Below are positions 35,619-45,981 of a stretch of 64,000 nt of DNA, piece after piece. The notes under the pieces were generated by a model that saw only the letters and a program-made list of their open reading frames with translations, ran no database searches and was not told the origin of the DNA. Each line of letters opens with the position of its first letter. The first letter of the stretch is position 1. This DNA is from Alphaproteobacteria bacterium. GTDB taxonomy: Bacteria; Pseudomonadota; Alphaproteobacteria; UBA828. The stretch covers positions 64,001-128,000 of the forward strand of contig CBDCQT010000013.1 in NCBI GenBank assembly GCA_965220745.1, given 5' to 3'. The position numbers and the translations under genes are program-made.

Positions 35619-37010
35619 TCACTCGTTCTCCGCGCGCTCGCCGAAGAGCAAGGTCACGTTGATCCGCCGGTTCGCAAAGCCGCTCCGGAAGCACACCCCG
35701 CCGCTCTCGTGAATGAGACTCGAATCGAAGATCACCGCCCGGTTGCAGCGATAGGGAACTCGCACCGGCGCCCGCCCTTCTTGCGCGACGAGACGCTCCA
35801 GCGGTGCCGGGTCCAGATTGTAGTCCGAAAAGCCCCAATCAGGCGGCGCGGCGACATCGTGCACCACGAGGCCGGCCGCCTCGGGGTCGGGGCAGGCGCT
35901 GTCCGGCGTGATCCAGAGGTTGATGTTGATGGCGGCCTTGTCCGCGTGCTTGCGCGTCCCACCGCCCGCCTGCCCATAACTGAACGCCCACATCTGAACG
36001 AGCCGGTGCTTGCCGATGATGCCGCCGAGCCGTTCGCCCATCTCGCGGGCCAGCGCGATCAAAACCGGGTGGTCGAAGCCCTCGTGCAGATAGGCGCCGA
36101 GATAGCCGCCATGCTCCTTGCAGTCGAACCAGATCGTCGCCTCAAGGCAGAAGCGCTGGAGGGTGGCCAGGGCCGAAGCACTGAGCAAGTCGTCCACGAT
36201 GACGACGGAGGGCGTAGCCTCGTGGTAGCGCCGCTCGATCTCGCCCGCATCGAGGCGGGGGTTGAGTGCGGGCGCGATGTCCTCCTCCGGCGGGCGATAG
36301 ATCACCCGGTTGTAGACCGGGCAGATCAGCCGTCGCTCGGCCTCCGTGAGCGGGCGCGGCGCGCTCGGCCGGTCTTCGTTGCCGAAACTGGCGAGCACCC
36401 GGCGCAGGCCCCCGCGCGCCTCGGCAAGCGGGGGCGGGAGGCGTTCCATCTCCACCAGATGGTCGAGCTGCGCGAGGTCGTGTTCGAGCTTGATCCGCGA
36501 CGCGTTCTGGAAGGTCGCCTGCTGGGCGGGGTCGAGCACGGCGGTGCCGCTGGCGGGGTCGATGCCCCACCAGGCGGAGCCGCGATGGAGCGCGAGCCCC
36601 GCGCGATAGCACTGCGCGGCCTCTTCCAGCCGCCCTTGCCGCTTCAACGCGACGCCGAGGTTGGTGTGGGCGGCCACCGAGCCCGGCGCCTGTTCGAGCG
36701 CCGCGCAAAAGGCGCGCTCGGCTGCCTCGTCGTCGCCTTGCCTCAGTGCTAGGTTGCCGAGGGTGACGCGCAGGCTCGCCTTGTCGGGCGCGAGGTCCGC
36801 AGCGGTCTCAAAGGCCTGCCGCGCCCGGTCGAGGGCGCCACGGTCGGCAGCGACGAGGCCGCAGACGTAGTGCGCGCCGGCATCGTGTGGGTCGTGGGCG
36901 AGGATGGCGCGCCCGATGGCCTCCGCCTCGCCGGCCCTGCCTGCCTGGTAGGCGGCGAATGCCGCGCTGGCGTGAGGCCGCCGCTCAGAGACGCCGCTTG
37001 AGCCCGTCAC
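35619..37010 (-). CDS. TPR-repeat protein fused to a 2OG-Fe(II) oxygenase-like C-terminal domain
   Basis: N-terminal TPR motifs (AHTNLGVALKRQGRLEEA). C-terminal HAD...NLWITPD...YRCNRAVIFDSSLIHE...RINVTLLFG. Exact start uncertain. Confidence 0.75.
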   Translation of the reverse strand: MTGSSGVSERRPHASAAFAAYQAGRAGEAEAIGRAILAHDPHDAGAHYVCGLVAADRGALDRARQAFETAADLAPDKASLRVTLGNLALRQGDDEAAERAFCAALEQAPGSVAAHTNLGVALKRQGRLEEAAQCYRAGLALHRGSAWWGIDPASGTAVLDPAQQATFQNASRIKLEHDLAQLDHLVEMERLPPPLAEARGGLRRVLASFGNEDRPSAPRPLTEAERRLICPVYNRVIYRPPEEDIAPALNPRLDAGEIERRYHEATPSVVIVDDLLSASALATLQRFCLEATIWFDCKEHGGYLGAYLHEGFDHPVLIALAREMGERLGGIIGKHRLVQMWAFSYGQAGGGTRKHADKAAININLWITPDSACPDPEAAGLVVHDVAAPPDWGFSDYNLDPAPLERLVAQEGRAPVRVPYRCNRAVIFDSSLIHESGGVCFRSGFANRRINVTLLFGERAENE

Positions 37011-38610
37011 GGGTCACCTTGAACCCCGCCGCCTCCCGATCCCAGGTCGCAGGCGTGATTCCGTCTTCGCGCAACACCACCTTGCGCACCTTCTGCGTGG
37101 GCGTGCGCGGCAGGTCGGCCCGGAACTCGATGAAGCGCGGGACCATGAAGTAAGGCATCTCGGCCGCGCAGTGGCGGAGCAGCGCTTCCTCTGTCAGCGC
37201 AGCGCCGGGGTTGCGCACGACCACGATCTTCAGCTCGTCCTCACCCACCTCGGCGGGAACCGCGATGGCGGCGGTCTCGGCGACATCCGGGTGTTTGTTG
37301 ACGATCCGCTCGACCTCGAAGGACGAGATGTTCTCGCCCCGGCGCCGGATCGCGTCCTTCATCCGGTCGTGGAAGAAGAGGAAGCCGTTCTGGTCCATGT
37401 GGCCGCGGTCGCCGCTGTGGAACCAGAGGTTGCGGAATGCTGCGAGCGTCGCCTCCGGCAGGCCGTCGTAACCTTCCATCAGGATGTAGGGGTGCCTGGC
37501 GCGGACCACGATCTCGCCCGAGGTGCCGGGAGGCACCGGGCGGTCCATCTCGTCGAAGATCGCCACCTCGTAGTAGGGCGCCGCACGCCCGGCCGTGCCC
37601 TTCGGCGTCGCTTCGTCCGGCCGCGTGTAGACCACGATGTTGGCCTCGGTCGAGCCGTAACCCTCGGTTAGTTGTAGGTCAAAGCGTTCGAGGAATTCCT
37701 CTTGCACTTCGTGCGGATTGGGCACCGAGTAGATCATGCGCAGCGGGTTGTCCGCATCGTCGGGCTTGCACGGCTCGGCCCAGAGCATGTGGCAGATGCC
37801 GCCGACGCCCACCGTCACGGTCGCGCCGTGCGCACGCACGTCCGGCCAGAACTGCCCGGCGCTGAAGCGCGGGCGCAGCAGCATGCGGCAATCAGCCAGC
37901 ATGGTGCCCAGCAGGATGAACTTGCCGGCGATGTGGAAGAAGGGGAGGAAGTTGTAGGTCACGTCATCGGCGCGAAGCGACGCGATCTCGTTGAAGACGA
38001 CGGCGAACGACAGCTCGAAATGGTTGTTGATGACGACACCTTTCGAGGGCCCCGTGGTGCCCGAGGTAAACATGATGCAGGCCGTCGTCGTCGCCTCGAT
38101 GGCGCGCGGCGTATCGGCGCCGTCCCCGGTGGCGACCTCCTCCAGCGAGAGCACGACGCCCGGCAGCGTGCGCCGCGCATCCTCCAAGTCGTCGCCGGCC
38201 ACGATGAAGGTGCCGAGGCCGGGGCAGCGGTCGGCGATCCGCGCGACCACGGGCACGAACTCGGCGTCCAGCACCATCGCCGTCACCCGCGCACTGGTCA
38301 CGATGTGGGTCAGGATGTCGCCCCGATAGGCCGTGTTGATGGGCACCTCGACGACGCCGAGCTTGGCGGTCGCGAACCAGACGAAGACGTGGGTCGGCGC
38401 GTTCTGCATCATCACGGCGCAGCGGTGACCGGGCTCGATCCCCCGCGCCTCCAGGCCGGCGGCGATGCGGTTGGCCTCGCGGTTGATGGCGGCGTAGCTG
38501 TAGTCGAGTCCGGACCAGTGCATTACCGGGTGATCGGGGCGCTCGGCCGCGCGCTGCTCGAGCACCCGGTGGACCAGCCAGGTCTCGGGCTCCTTGCCGA
38601 TGGTCAGCAT
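36985..38610 (-). CDS. ATP-dependent acyl-CoA ligase, crotonobetaine/carnitine-CoA ligase (CaiC)-like
   Basis: IMFTSGTTGPSKG, EGYGSTE, WFHSGDRG, RRRGENISSFEVE, LPRTPTQK. Start placed at MLTIG (38610). Confidence 0.88.
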   Translation of the reverse strand: MLTIGKEPETWLVHRVLEQRAAERPDHPVMHWSGLDYSYAAINREANRIAAGLEARGIEPGHRCAVMMQNAPTHVFVWFATAKLGVVEVPINTAYRGDILTHIVTSARVTAMVLDAEFVPVVARIADRCPGLGTFIVAGDDLEDARRTLPGVVLSLEEVATGDGADTPRAIEATTTACIMFTSGTTGPSKGVVINNHFELSFAVVFNEIASLRADDVTYNFLPFFHIAGKFILLGTMLADCRMLLRPRFSAGQFWPDVRAHGATVTVGVGGICHMLWAEPCKPDDADNPLRMIYSVPNPHEVQEEFLERFDLQLTEGYGSTEANIVVYTRPDEATPKGTAGRAAPYYEVAIFDEMDRPVPPGTSGEIVVRARHPYILMEGYDGLPEATLAAFRNLWFHSGDRGHMDQNGFLFFHDRMKDAIRRRGENISSFEVERIVNKHPDVAETAAIAVPAEVGEDELKIVVVRNPGAALTEEALLRHCAAEMPYFMVPRFIEFRADLPRTPTQKVRKVVLREDGITPATWDREAAGFKVTRDGLKRRL

Positions 38611-38636
38611 CGCGCGCCGCTGCTCGTCATACCGCC

Positions 38637-38664
38637 AGAATGGAGACCCATTGTTTGATGTCAA
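38637..38664 (-). promoter_or_regulatory. Candidate sigma-70 promoter for the CaiC-like ligase operon
   Basis: Minus strand TTGACA-N16-CATTCT in the divergent intergenic region. Confidence 0.4.
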
Positions 38665-38709
38665 CGCCCGGCGGTGGACGCTGGGCTACCTTGCGCACGC
38701 TTTCCCGCC

Positions 38710-38738
38710 TTGACGGCGGTAGGCCGGGTTTTCATAGT
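38710..38738 (+). promoter_or_regulatory. Candidate sigma-70 promoter for the fadD-thiolase operon
   Basis: TTGACG-N17-CATAGT, about 75 nt upstream of the ATG at 38813. Confidence 0.5.
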
Positions 38739-38812
38739 GCACGGAAGTGTGTTCCCCGCGTCTGGACAGGGCGGAGCGGGGCCGCGAATCCCAGGCCAAA
38801 GGAGCGGAGCGC

Positions 38813-40537
38813 ATGGCTGAGAGCGAAGCGCAAGGCAGTGCACATCCCTGGGAGAAGTCGTACCCGGAGAACGTCGACTGGAACGCGCCGCTACCCAGCG
38901 GGGCGCTCCACCGATTGCTCGACGATGCCGTCGCCCGCTTCGGTGACCGGCCCGCGATCGACTTCATGGACAAGATCACGAGCTACCGGGAACTCGGTGA
39001 GCAGGCGAACAAGGCGGCCGGAGGATTTCAGAAGCTCGGTGTCGGCAAGGGCAAGAAAGTCGGCATCCTGCTTCCCAACTGTCCGGCCTTCGTCGCCGTC
39101 TATTACGGTGTGCTCAAGGCCGGCGGGACGGTGGTCAACGTCAACCCGCTCTATGCCATCGAAGAGATCAAGAGCCAGATCGAGGATTCGGAGACCGATA
39201 TTCTGGTCACCCTCGACCTCTCTATCCTCTACGACAAGGCCCGAATCGCGCTCGACCAGACGCGGCTCACCCATCTCGTGATCGTTTCCATGGCGGAGAT
39301 GCTGCCGGGCCTCAAGAAGCTGCTCTTCCCCATCGTCAAGCGCAGCGAAATCGCCAAGGTGCCGCGCGATTCCCGCCATGTCCGCTTCAGCGCGCTGCTC
39401 GACAACCCAGGCAGGCCGTCGCCGGTGGAGATCGACGCCAAGGAAGATATTGCGGTGCTTCAGTACACCGGCGGCACCACCGGCACCTCGAAAGGCGCGA
39501 TGCTGACCCACGCCAACCTCAGCGCGAACGTGGCGCAAGGGGCGATGATGATGCCCGGCGCCGAGGAAGGCCGCGAGGTCATGATCGGCGTGCTGCCGCT
39601 CTTCCACGTCTTCGCCATGGCCGTGGTGATGAACTACAGCATCCGGATCGGCGCCAAGATGGTCCTGCTGCCGCGCTTCGAGCTCGACACCGTGCTCAAG
39701 GTCGTCCACAAGAAGCGCCCGACCTTCTTCCCCGCGGTGCCGACGATCTACATCGCGATCAACGGCCACCCGGACGTGGCGGCCGGCAAGTACGACCTCT
39801 CCTCCATCAAGCTCTGCCTTTCGGGCGGCGCCTCGCTGCCGCGCGAAGTGCAGGAGAAGTTCCAGGAGATCTCGGGCTGCACGCTGGTGGAGGGCTACGG
39901 CCTCAGCGAGACCTCTCCGATTGCGACCTGCAACCCGACCACGCCCGGCGGCAGCCGCGAAGGCTCCCTCGGCGTGCCGGTGCCCGGCACGGTGGTTGAT
40001 ATCTGCTCGATCGACGAGCCGGAGACGGTGCTGCCGCAAGGCGAGATCGGCGAGATCTGCATCTCCGGCCCGCAGGTGATGAAGGGCTACTGGAAGCGCG
40101 ACGAGGAGAACGAACGCGCCTTCGCCGGCGGGCGCTTCCACACCGGCGACGTCGGTCGCATCGACGAGGACGGCTACGTCTATCTCATCGACCGGCTCAA
40201 GGAGGTCATCATCGCCGGCGGCTACAACATCTATCCGCGCCACGTGGAGGAGGCGATCTACAAGCACCCGTCGGTGCTGGAGGTGACGGTGATCGGCGTC
40301 GACGACGCCCGCCGCCAGCAGACCGTCAAGGCCTTCGTCCGCCTCAAGGACGGCGAGAGCCTGACGGACGACGCGCTGACGGAATTCCTCAAGGACAAGC
40401 TCTCGCCCATCGAGATGCCCAAGCAGATCGAGTTCCGCGACGAGCTGCCTAAGACCATCATCGGCAAGCTCTCCAAGAAGGAGCTGGTAGCCGAAGAGGC
40501 CGCCAAGCAGGGCGCGGCTGCCGCCGGCTCCGGTTGA
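38813..40537 (+). CDS. fadD: Long-chain fatty acid-CoA ligase
   Basis: HPWEKSYP, QYTGGTTGTSKGAMLTH, EGYGLSETSP, FHTGD, LPKTIIGK. Confidence 0.92.
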   Translation: MAESEAQGSAHPWEKSYPENVDWNAPLPSGALHRLLDDAVARFGDRPAIDFMDKITSYRELGEQANKAAGGFQKLGVGKGKKVGILLPNCPAFVAVYYGVLKAGGTVVNVNPLYAIEEIKSQIEDSETDILVTLDLSILYDKARIALDQTRLTHLVIVSMAEMLPGLKKLLFPIVKRSEIAKVPRDSRHVRFSALLDNPGRPSPVEIDAKEDIAVLQYTGGTTGTSKGAMLTHANLSANVAQGAMMMPGAEEGREVMIGVLPLFHVFAMAVVMNYSIRIGAKMVLLPRFELDTVLKVVHKKRPTFFPAVPTIYIAINGHPDVAAGKYDLSSIKLCLSGGASLPREVQEKFQEISGCTLVEGYGLSETSPIATCNPTTPGGSREGSLGVPVPGTVVDICSIDEPETVLPQGEIGEICISGPQVMKGYWKRDEENERAFAGGRFHTGDVGRIDEDGYVYLIDRLKEVIIAGGYNIYPRHVEEAIYKHPSVLEVTVIGVDDARRQQTVKAFVRLKDGESLTDDALTEFLKDKLSPIEMPKQIEFRDELPKTIIGKLSKKELVAEEAAKQGAAAAGSG

Positions 40538-40591
40538 ACGCGGCCCGGCGCCGCCACACATAGCATCTGACAAAGCAAGAGGCCCCAGTCC

Positions 40592-41728
40592 ATGAATAAC
40601 GCCGTCATTGCCGGCTATGTCCGCTCGCCCTTTCACTTCGCCCACAAGGGCGCGCTGGTCGAGAAGCGCCCCGACGATCTCGCCGCCGAGGTCGTGCAGG
40701 GCCTGCTCGCTCAGACCGGCGTCGATCCCGCCGAGATCGAGGACCTGATCATCGGCTGCGCCTTTCCCGAGGGCGAGCAGGGCTTCAACATGGGGCGCAT
40801 CGTGGCGCTGATCGCGGAGCTGCCGATCTCGGTCGCCGGCGCCACCGTCAACCGCTTCTGCGGCTCGTCCATGCAGGCGATCCACATCGCCGCCGGCGCG
40901 GTCCGCATGGATGCCGGCGAAGCCTTCATCTGCGCCGGCGTGGAATCCATGAGCCGCGTGCCCATGGGCGGCTTCAACCCGGCGCCCAACCCCGACCTCT
41001 ACGAGAAGAACGAGGGCGCCTACATGTCCATGGGCGAGACCGCCGAGAACCTCGCCCGCAAGTACCAGATCACCCGCGAGGAACAGGAGTCGCTCGCGGT
41101 CGCGAGCCACGCCCGCGCTGCCGCCGCCTGGGATGAAGGCAAATACGAGGGCGAGGTGATCGCGGTCGAGACCGGCGACGGCACGGTTGAGCGCGACGGC
41201 TGCATCCGCCCCGGCACCAATGCCGAGGTCCTGGCCGGGCTCGAACCCGCCTTCGATGCCGAGGGCACGGTAACCGCCGGCACCTCGTCGCCGCTCACCG
41301 ATGGCGCCGCCGCCGTGCTGGTCTGCACCGAGGATTACGCCGCGCGCAACGGGCTCGCGGTGCTCGCACGCATCAAGGCGATCGCGGTCGCCGGATGCGC
41401 GCCCGAGATCATGGGCTACGGCCCGGTGGTCTCGTCTGAGAAGGCGCTCGCGCGTGCCGGGCTCAAGATGTCGGACGTCGACGTGATCGAGCTCAACGAG
41501 GCCTTCGCGGTGCAGGCGCTCGCCTGCGTGCGCGAGCTTTCCATCGACCTGGAGCGCATGAACATCGACGGCGGCGCCATCGCCATCGGCCATCCCCTGG
41601 GCGCCACCGGCGCGCGGATCACTGGCAAGGCCGCGCAGATCCTCCGGCGCGAGGACAAGCGCTACGCGCTCGCCACTCAGTGCATCGGCGGCGGCCAGGG
41701 CATCTCTACCGTGCTCGAGGCCGCCTGA
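40592..41728 (+). CDS. Thiolase (acetyl-CoA C-acyltransferase)
   Basis: NRFCGSS, NEAFA, GHPLGATG, CIGGGQG. Confidence 0.96.
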   Translation: MNNAVIAGYVRSPFHFAHKGALVEKRPDDLAAEVVQGLLAQTGVDPAEIEDLIIGCAFPEGEQGFNMGRIVALIAELPISVAGATVNRFCGSSMQAIHIAAGAVRMDAGEAFICAGVESMSRVPMGGFNPAPNPDLYEKNEGAYMSMGETAENLARKYQITREEQESLAVASHARAAAAWDEGKYEGEVIAVETGDGTVERDGCIRPGTNAEVLAGLEPAFDAEGTVTAGTSSPLTDGAAAVLVCTEDYAARNGLAVLARIKAIAVAGCAPEIMGYGPVVSSEKALARAGLKMSDVDVIELNEAFAVQALACVRELSIDLERMNIDGGAIAIGHPLGATGARITGKAAQILRREDKRYALATQCIGGGQGISTVLEAA

Positions 41729-44055
41729 TGGCGATCCAGAAGGCCGCCGTCATCGGGGCGGGTCTGATGGGCGGCGGCATCGCCGCCCATATCGCCAACG
41801 CCGGCCACGACGTGGTGCTGCTCGACATCGTACCCGAGGGCGCGAAAGACCGGAACGCGCTGGCCGAGGGCTCGGTGGCGCGGATGCTCAAGACCGACCC
41901 CGCGCCCTTCATGGCGAAGTCGGACGCCAAGCGCATCGCCACCGGCAACGTCGAAGACCACCTGAACCTGCTCGGCGATGCCGACTGGATCGTCGAGGCG
42001 GTGATCGAAAAGGTGGAGGCCAAGCAGGCCATCTACCGCAAGATCGATTCGGTGCGGAAGGCGGGGTCGATCGTTTCGTCCAACACCTCGACCATCCCGT
42101 CCAGCATCCTGCTCGACGGCCTGCCGGAGGAATTCGCGCGGGACTTCCTCATCACCCACTTCTTCAACCCGCCGCGCTACATGCGGCTGCTGGAGGTGGT
42201 GGCAGGGCCGCAGACGCGGGCGGAGGCGGTGGCCGAGGTCTGCGACTTCGCCGACCGCAAGCTCGGCAAGGGCGTGGTGCCCTGCAACGACACACCGGGC
42301 TTCATCGCAAACCGCATCGGCACCTACTGGCTGGTCGCCGCCGTGCGCGCGGCGGTCGAGAACGGGGTGACGGTGGAGGAAGCGGACGCCGTCCTCAGCC
42401 GCCCCATCGGCGTGCCCAAGACCGGCGTGTTCGGCCTGATCGACCTGGTCGGCCTCGACCTGATGCCGCTGGTCGGCCGCAGCCTGAAGGACTCGCTGCC
42501 TGATAGCGATGCCTTCCACGCGGTCTACGACGAGCCCGCGTTCATCACGGAGATGATCGAGAGCGGCTATATCGGCCGCAAGGGCAAGGGCGGCTTCTAC
42601 CGGCTCAAGCCCGATTCGGAGACGAAAGAGAAGGAGGTGCGGGACCTCGCCACCGGCACGTACGGCCCCGCCCAGCGCCCGCGGCTGGAGAGCATCGAGC
42701 AGGCCGGACGCTCGCTCCGCGCGCTCTTCGAGCACCCCGACAAGACCGGCGCCTACGCCTGGCAGGTGATGTCGGGCACGCTCGCATACACCGCCGGCTT
42801 GGTGCCGGAGATCGCCGACGATGTCGAGGCGGTCGATCGCGCCATGCGCCTCGGCTACAACTGGAAACGCGGGCCATTCGAGCTGATCGACGAGGTAGGC
42901 GCCGGCTGGTTCGCGGACAAGCTGGCTGCAGAGGGCAGGGCGGTGCCGCCCCTCCTGCGGGCAGCGGCGGACGGCGACGGCTTCTACCGCATCGCCGAGG
43001 GCCGCGCCGACCATCTCGCCGGCAGCGGCCGCTACACGCCGCTCACCCGGCCGGACGGCGTGCTGCTCCTCTCCGACATCAAGCGCAGCAGCAAGCCGCT
43101 CGCCCGCAACGCCTCGGCGAGCCTCTGGGACATCGGCGACGGCGTCGCCTGCCTCGAATTCCATTCCAAGATGAACGCCCTCGACACCGAGATCATGGCG
43201 CTGGTCGAGCAGTCGGTGGAGATCGTGGGCGAGCGCATGACCGCGCTGGTGATCCACAACGAGGGCAGCAACTTCTCCGTCGGCATGAACCTCGGCCTCG
43301 CGCTCTTCGTCGTCAACGTCGGCGCCTGGCCGATGATCGAGGAGACGATCAAGCAGGGCCAGGCTGCTTTCAGAAGCCTCAAGTTCGCCCCGTTCCCGGT
43401 GGTGGGCGCGCCGTCGGGCATGGCGCTCGGCGGCGGCTGCGAGGTGCTGCTGCACTGCGACGCGGTGCAGGCCCACGCCGAGAGCTACATGGGCCTGGTC
43501 GAGGCCGGAGTCGGTCTCGTGCCCGGCTGGGGCGGTTGCAAGGAGATGATGCTGCGCGGGCTCACCGGCGGCCGGCAAGGATTCGGCGGCGCCATGCCGG
43601 CGATCTCCAAGGTGTTCGAGACCATCGGCCTCGCCAAGGTCTCGCGCTCGGCCAAGCAGGCGCAGAGCCTGGGTTTCCTGCGCGAGGGCGACGGCATCAG
43701 CGCCAACCGCGACCGCCTGCTGGCCGATGCCAAGGCCAAGGCTTTGTCGCTGGCGGAGGACTACACGCCGCCCGAGCCCGCCACGGTCAAGCTGCCCGGC
43801 AAGACCGGGCGCGTCGCGCTCAAGATGGCGGTCAAGGGACTCGCCAAGACCCGCAAGGCGACTGCGCACGATCTGGTGGTGGTGGAGCATCTCGGCAACG
43901 TGCTCACCGGCGGCGAGACCGACGCGGTGCGGGAGATTCCGGAGGACCGTCTCTCCGAGCTGGAATGCGAGGCGCTGCTGGCGCTGATCCGCACGCCCGG
44001 CACCATCGCCCGCATGGAGCACATGCTGGAGACCGGCAAGCCGCTCAGGAACTAG
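41728..44055 (+). CDS. 3-hydroxyacyl-CoA dehydrogenase / enoyl-CoA hydratase fusion (FadN-type)
   Basis: GAGLMGGGIA, SSNTST, HFFNPPRY, ALGGGCE, GLVEAGVG, ETGKPLRN. TGATG overlap with the thiolase. Confidence 0.94.
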   Translation: MAIQKAAVIGAGLMGGGIAAHIANAGHDVVLLDIVPEGAKDRNALAEGSVARMLKTDPAPFMAKSDAKRIATGNVEDHLNLLGDADWIVEAVIEKVEAKQAIYRKIDSVRKAGSIVSSNTSTIPSSILLDGLPEEFARDFLITHFFNPPRYMRLLEVVAGPQTRAEAVAEVCDFADRKLGKGVVPCNDTPGFIANRIGTYWLVAAVRAAVENGVTVEEADAVLSRPIGVPKTGVFGLIDLVGLDLMPLVGRSLKDSLPDSDAFHAVYDEPAFITEMIESGYIGRKGKGGFYRLKPDSETKEKEVRDLATGTYGPAQRPRLESIEQAGRSLRALFEHPDKTGAYAWQVMSGTLAYTAGLVPEIADDVEAVDRAMRLGYNWKRGPFELIDEVGAGWFADKLAAEGRAVPPLLRAAADGDGFYRIAEGRADHLAGSGRYTPLTRPDGVLLLSDIKRSSKPLARNASASLWDIGDGVACLEFHSKMNALDTEIMALVEQSVEIVGERMTALVIHNEGSNFSVGMNLGLALFVVNVGAWPMIEETIKQGQAAFRSLKFAPFPVVGAPSGMALGGGCEVLLHCDAVQAHAESYMGLVEAGVGLVPGWGGCKEMMLRGLTGGRQGFGGAMPAISKVFETIGLAKVSRSAKQAQSLGFLREGDGISANRDRLLADAKAKALSLAEDYTPPEPATVKLPGKTGRVALKMAVKGLAKTRKATAHDLVVVEHLGNVLTGGETDAVREIPEDRLSELECEALLALIRTPGTIARMEHMLETGKPLRN

Positions 44056-44092
44056 CTGGACAAGCGAGAGCGGCAAGGGGGGGAGGGGCGAC

Positions 44093-44929
44093 ATGAGTGG
44101 CGTGGCCTGGACCCTCGCAGTCGCGCAGATGGATTGCGCCACCGGGGACACGGAAAGCAACCTCGCGACCATCGCCCGTTTCGCCGGCGAGGCCGCGATC
44201 CAGCACGCCGACCTCGTGGTCTTCCCCGAGTGCGCCACCACCGGCTACTTCCTCGGCGACCGGCTCGCCGACCTGGCGGAGCCGCCGGATGGGCCGAGCG
44301 CGCAGCGTCTCGGCGAGATCGCGCGCGAGAACAGGCTCACGATGGCGGTCGGCGCCTACACGCAGCGCGACGGCGGCATCTACGATTCGCAGCTCCTCTT
44401 CGGTCCCGACGGGCGCTGCCTCGCTGTCTACGACAAGGCCCATCTCTTCGCCTCCGAGCGCGAATACTGCCGCGCCGGCGACGAGGCGCGGGTGGTGGAC
44501 ACGGCGCTCGGCAAGATCGGGATGACGGTCTGCTACGACTTCATTTTCGCGGACTACGTGCGGCGCCTGGGCGATCTCGGCGCGGACCTCATCGTCAACA
44601 GCACCAACTGGATCGCCGACGCCTATCAGCGCGAGACCTGGGGCTGGAGCGGGCCGGTGACGCAAGGCCTGGCCGCCACGCGCGCGCTGGAGAACGGCAC
44701 CTTCGTCGCCATGGCGAACCGCGTCGGCGTCGAGGAGCTGGCGCCCGGCCTCTCTTTCACCAGCCTCGGCCACTCCTGCATCGCCGGCCCCTCGGGCAAG
44801 ATTCTCGCCGCGCTCACCGAAGGGGAGGGGCTGGCGGTGGCGCGGATCAACATCGCGCAGGAAGACCTCGACCGCTGGCGCGCCATTGCGACCTACCGCG
44901 CGGACCGCCGCCCCGAGCTCACGTCATGA
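44093..44929 (+). CDS. Carbon-nitrogen hydrolase (nitrilase superfamily)
   Basis: Glu-Lys-Cys triad in VFPEC, YDKAHL and VCYD. RALENG. Confidence 0.9.
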   Translation: MSGVAWTLAVAQMDCATGDTESNLATIARFAGEAAIQHADLVVFPECATTGYFLGDRLADLAEPPDGPSAQRLGEIARENRLTMAVGAYTQRDGGIYDSQLLFGPDGRCLAVYDKAHLFASEREYCRAGDEARVVDTALGKIGMTVCYDFIFADYVRRLGDLGADLIVNSTNWIADAYQRETWGWSGPVTQGLAATRALENGTFVAMANRVGVEELAPGLSFTSLGHSCIAGPSGKILAALTEGEGLAVARINIAQEDLDRWRAIATYRADRRPELTS

Positions 44930-45981
44930 GCGATGCGCCCGCGTGGCCCGCGCGCATCGCCGACGAGGCCGCGCTCGAAGAGCTGATGACGACGCCGGAC
45001 GAGGTGCTCCGCGCCTCTCTCGCCCGCGTCGACGGCGACGTCGTCGTGCTTGGCGTCGGCGGCAAGATGGGGCCGACCCTCGCCGGTCTCGCCAAACGCG
45101 CCGCGCCGGACAAGCGCGTCGTTGGCGTCGCCCGCTTCACCGACCCGCGCGTGCGCGACAAGCTCGCCGCTTGGGGCGTCGAGGCCATCCAGTGCGATCT
45201 GCTCGACCGCGACGCGGTGGCGGCGCTGCCTCGGCTCCCCAACGTGGTGTTCATGGCCGGCCGCAAGTTCGGCGCGGTGGGCGACGACGACCTGACCTGG
45301 GCGATGAACGCCTACGTGCCGGCCATCGTCGCAGAGACCTTCCACCAATCCCGGATCGTCGCCTTCTCCACCGGTTGCGTCTATCCCTTCGTCGATGTCC
45401 GCCACCAGGGCGCCGTCGAGGAGACGCCGCCCACGCCACCGCCGGGCGAGTACGCGAACTCCTGCGTCGGGCGCGAGCGCCTGATCCAGTATTTCTCGCG
45501 CCGTCTCGGCACGCCGGGGCGGCTGGTGCGGCTCAACTACGCGATCGACATGCGCTACGGCGTGCTGCACGACGTGGCCCGCAAGGTGCGGGACGGCGTG
45601 CCCATCGACCTCACCTCCGGACACGTCAACGTCATCTGGCAGGGGGACGCCAACGCCATGGCGCTGCGCTGCTTCGAGCATTGCACCGTGCCGGCCGCGC
45701 CGATCAACGTGAGCGGACCGGAGACCGTGAGCATCCGCGCGCTGGCTGCAGCCTTCGGCGAGCGGCTCGGCCGTGAGCCCGTGTTCGCCGGCGAGGAGGC
45801 GCCCACCGGCTGGCTCACCAACGCGGAGCGCGCCTTCACGCTCTTCGGCTATCCCCGCGTGCCATTGGGGCGGATGATCGACTGGGTGGCGGACTGGGTC
45901 GCGCGCGACATGCCGAGCCTCGCCAAGCCCACCCAGTACGAGGTGAGGGACGGCGTGTTCTCGGCGCCGGCGGCCTCGTGA
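44926..45981 (+). CDS. NAD-dependent epimerase/dehydratase family protein
   Basis: [27 protein letters not shown] in place of YxxxK, RLNYA. ATGA overlap. Confidence 0.82.
   Translation: MSDAPAWPARIADEAALEELMTTPDEVLRASLARVDGDVVVLGVGGKMGPTLAGLAKRAAPDKRVVGVARFTDPRVRDKLAAWGVEAIQCDLLDRDAVAALPRLPNVVFMAGRKFGAVGDDDLTWAMNAYVPAIVAETFHQSRIVAFSTGCVYPFVDVRHQGAVEETPPTPPPGEYANSCVGRERLIQYFSRRLGTPGRLVRLNYAIDMRYGVLHDVARKVRDGVPIDLTSGHVNVIWQGDANAMALRCFEHCTVPAAPINVSGPETVSIRALAAAFGERLGREPVFAGEEAPTGWLTNAERAFTLFGYPRVPLGRMIDWVADWVARDMPSLAKPTQYEVRDGVFSAPAAS

Noticed and set aside
38891-44241. Very long minus-strand ORFs (900 aa and 854 aa)
   Set aside because: Antisense shadows of fadD, thiolase and the FadN-type gene, which carry all the expected motifs on the + strand.
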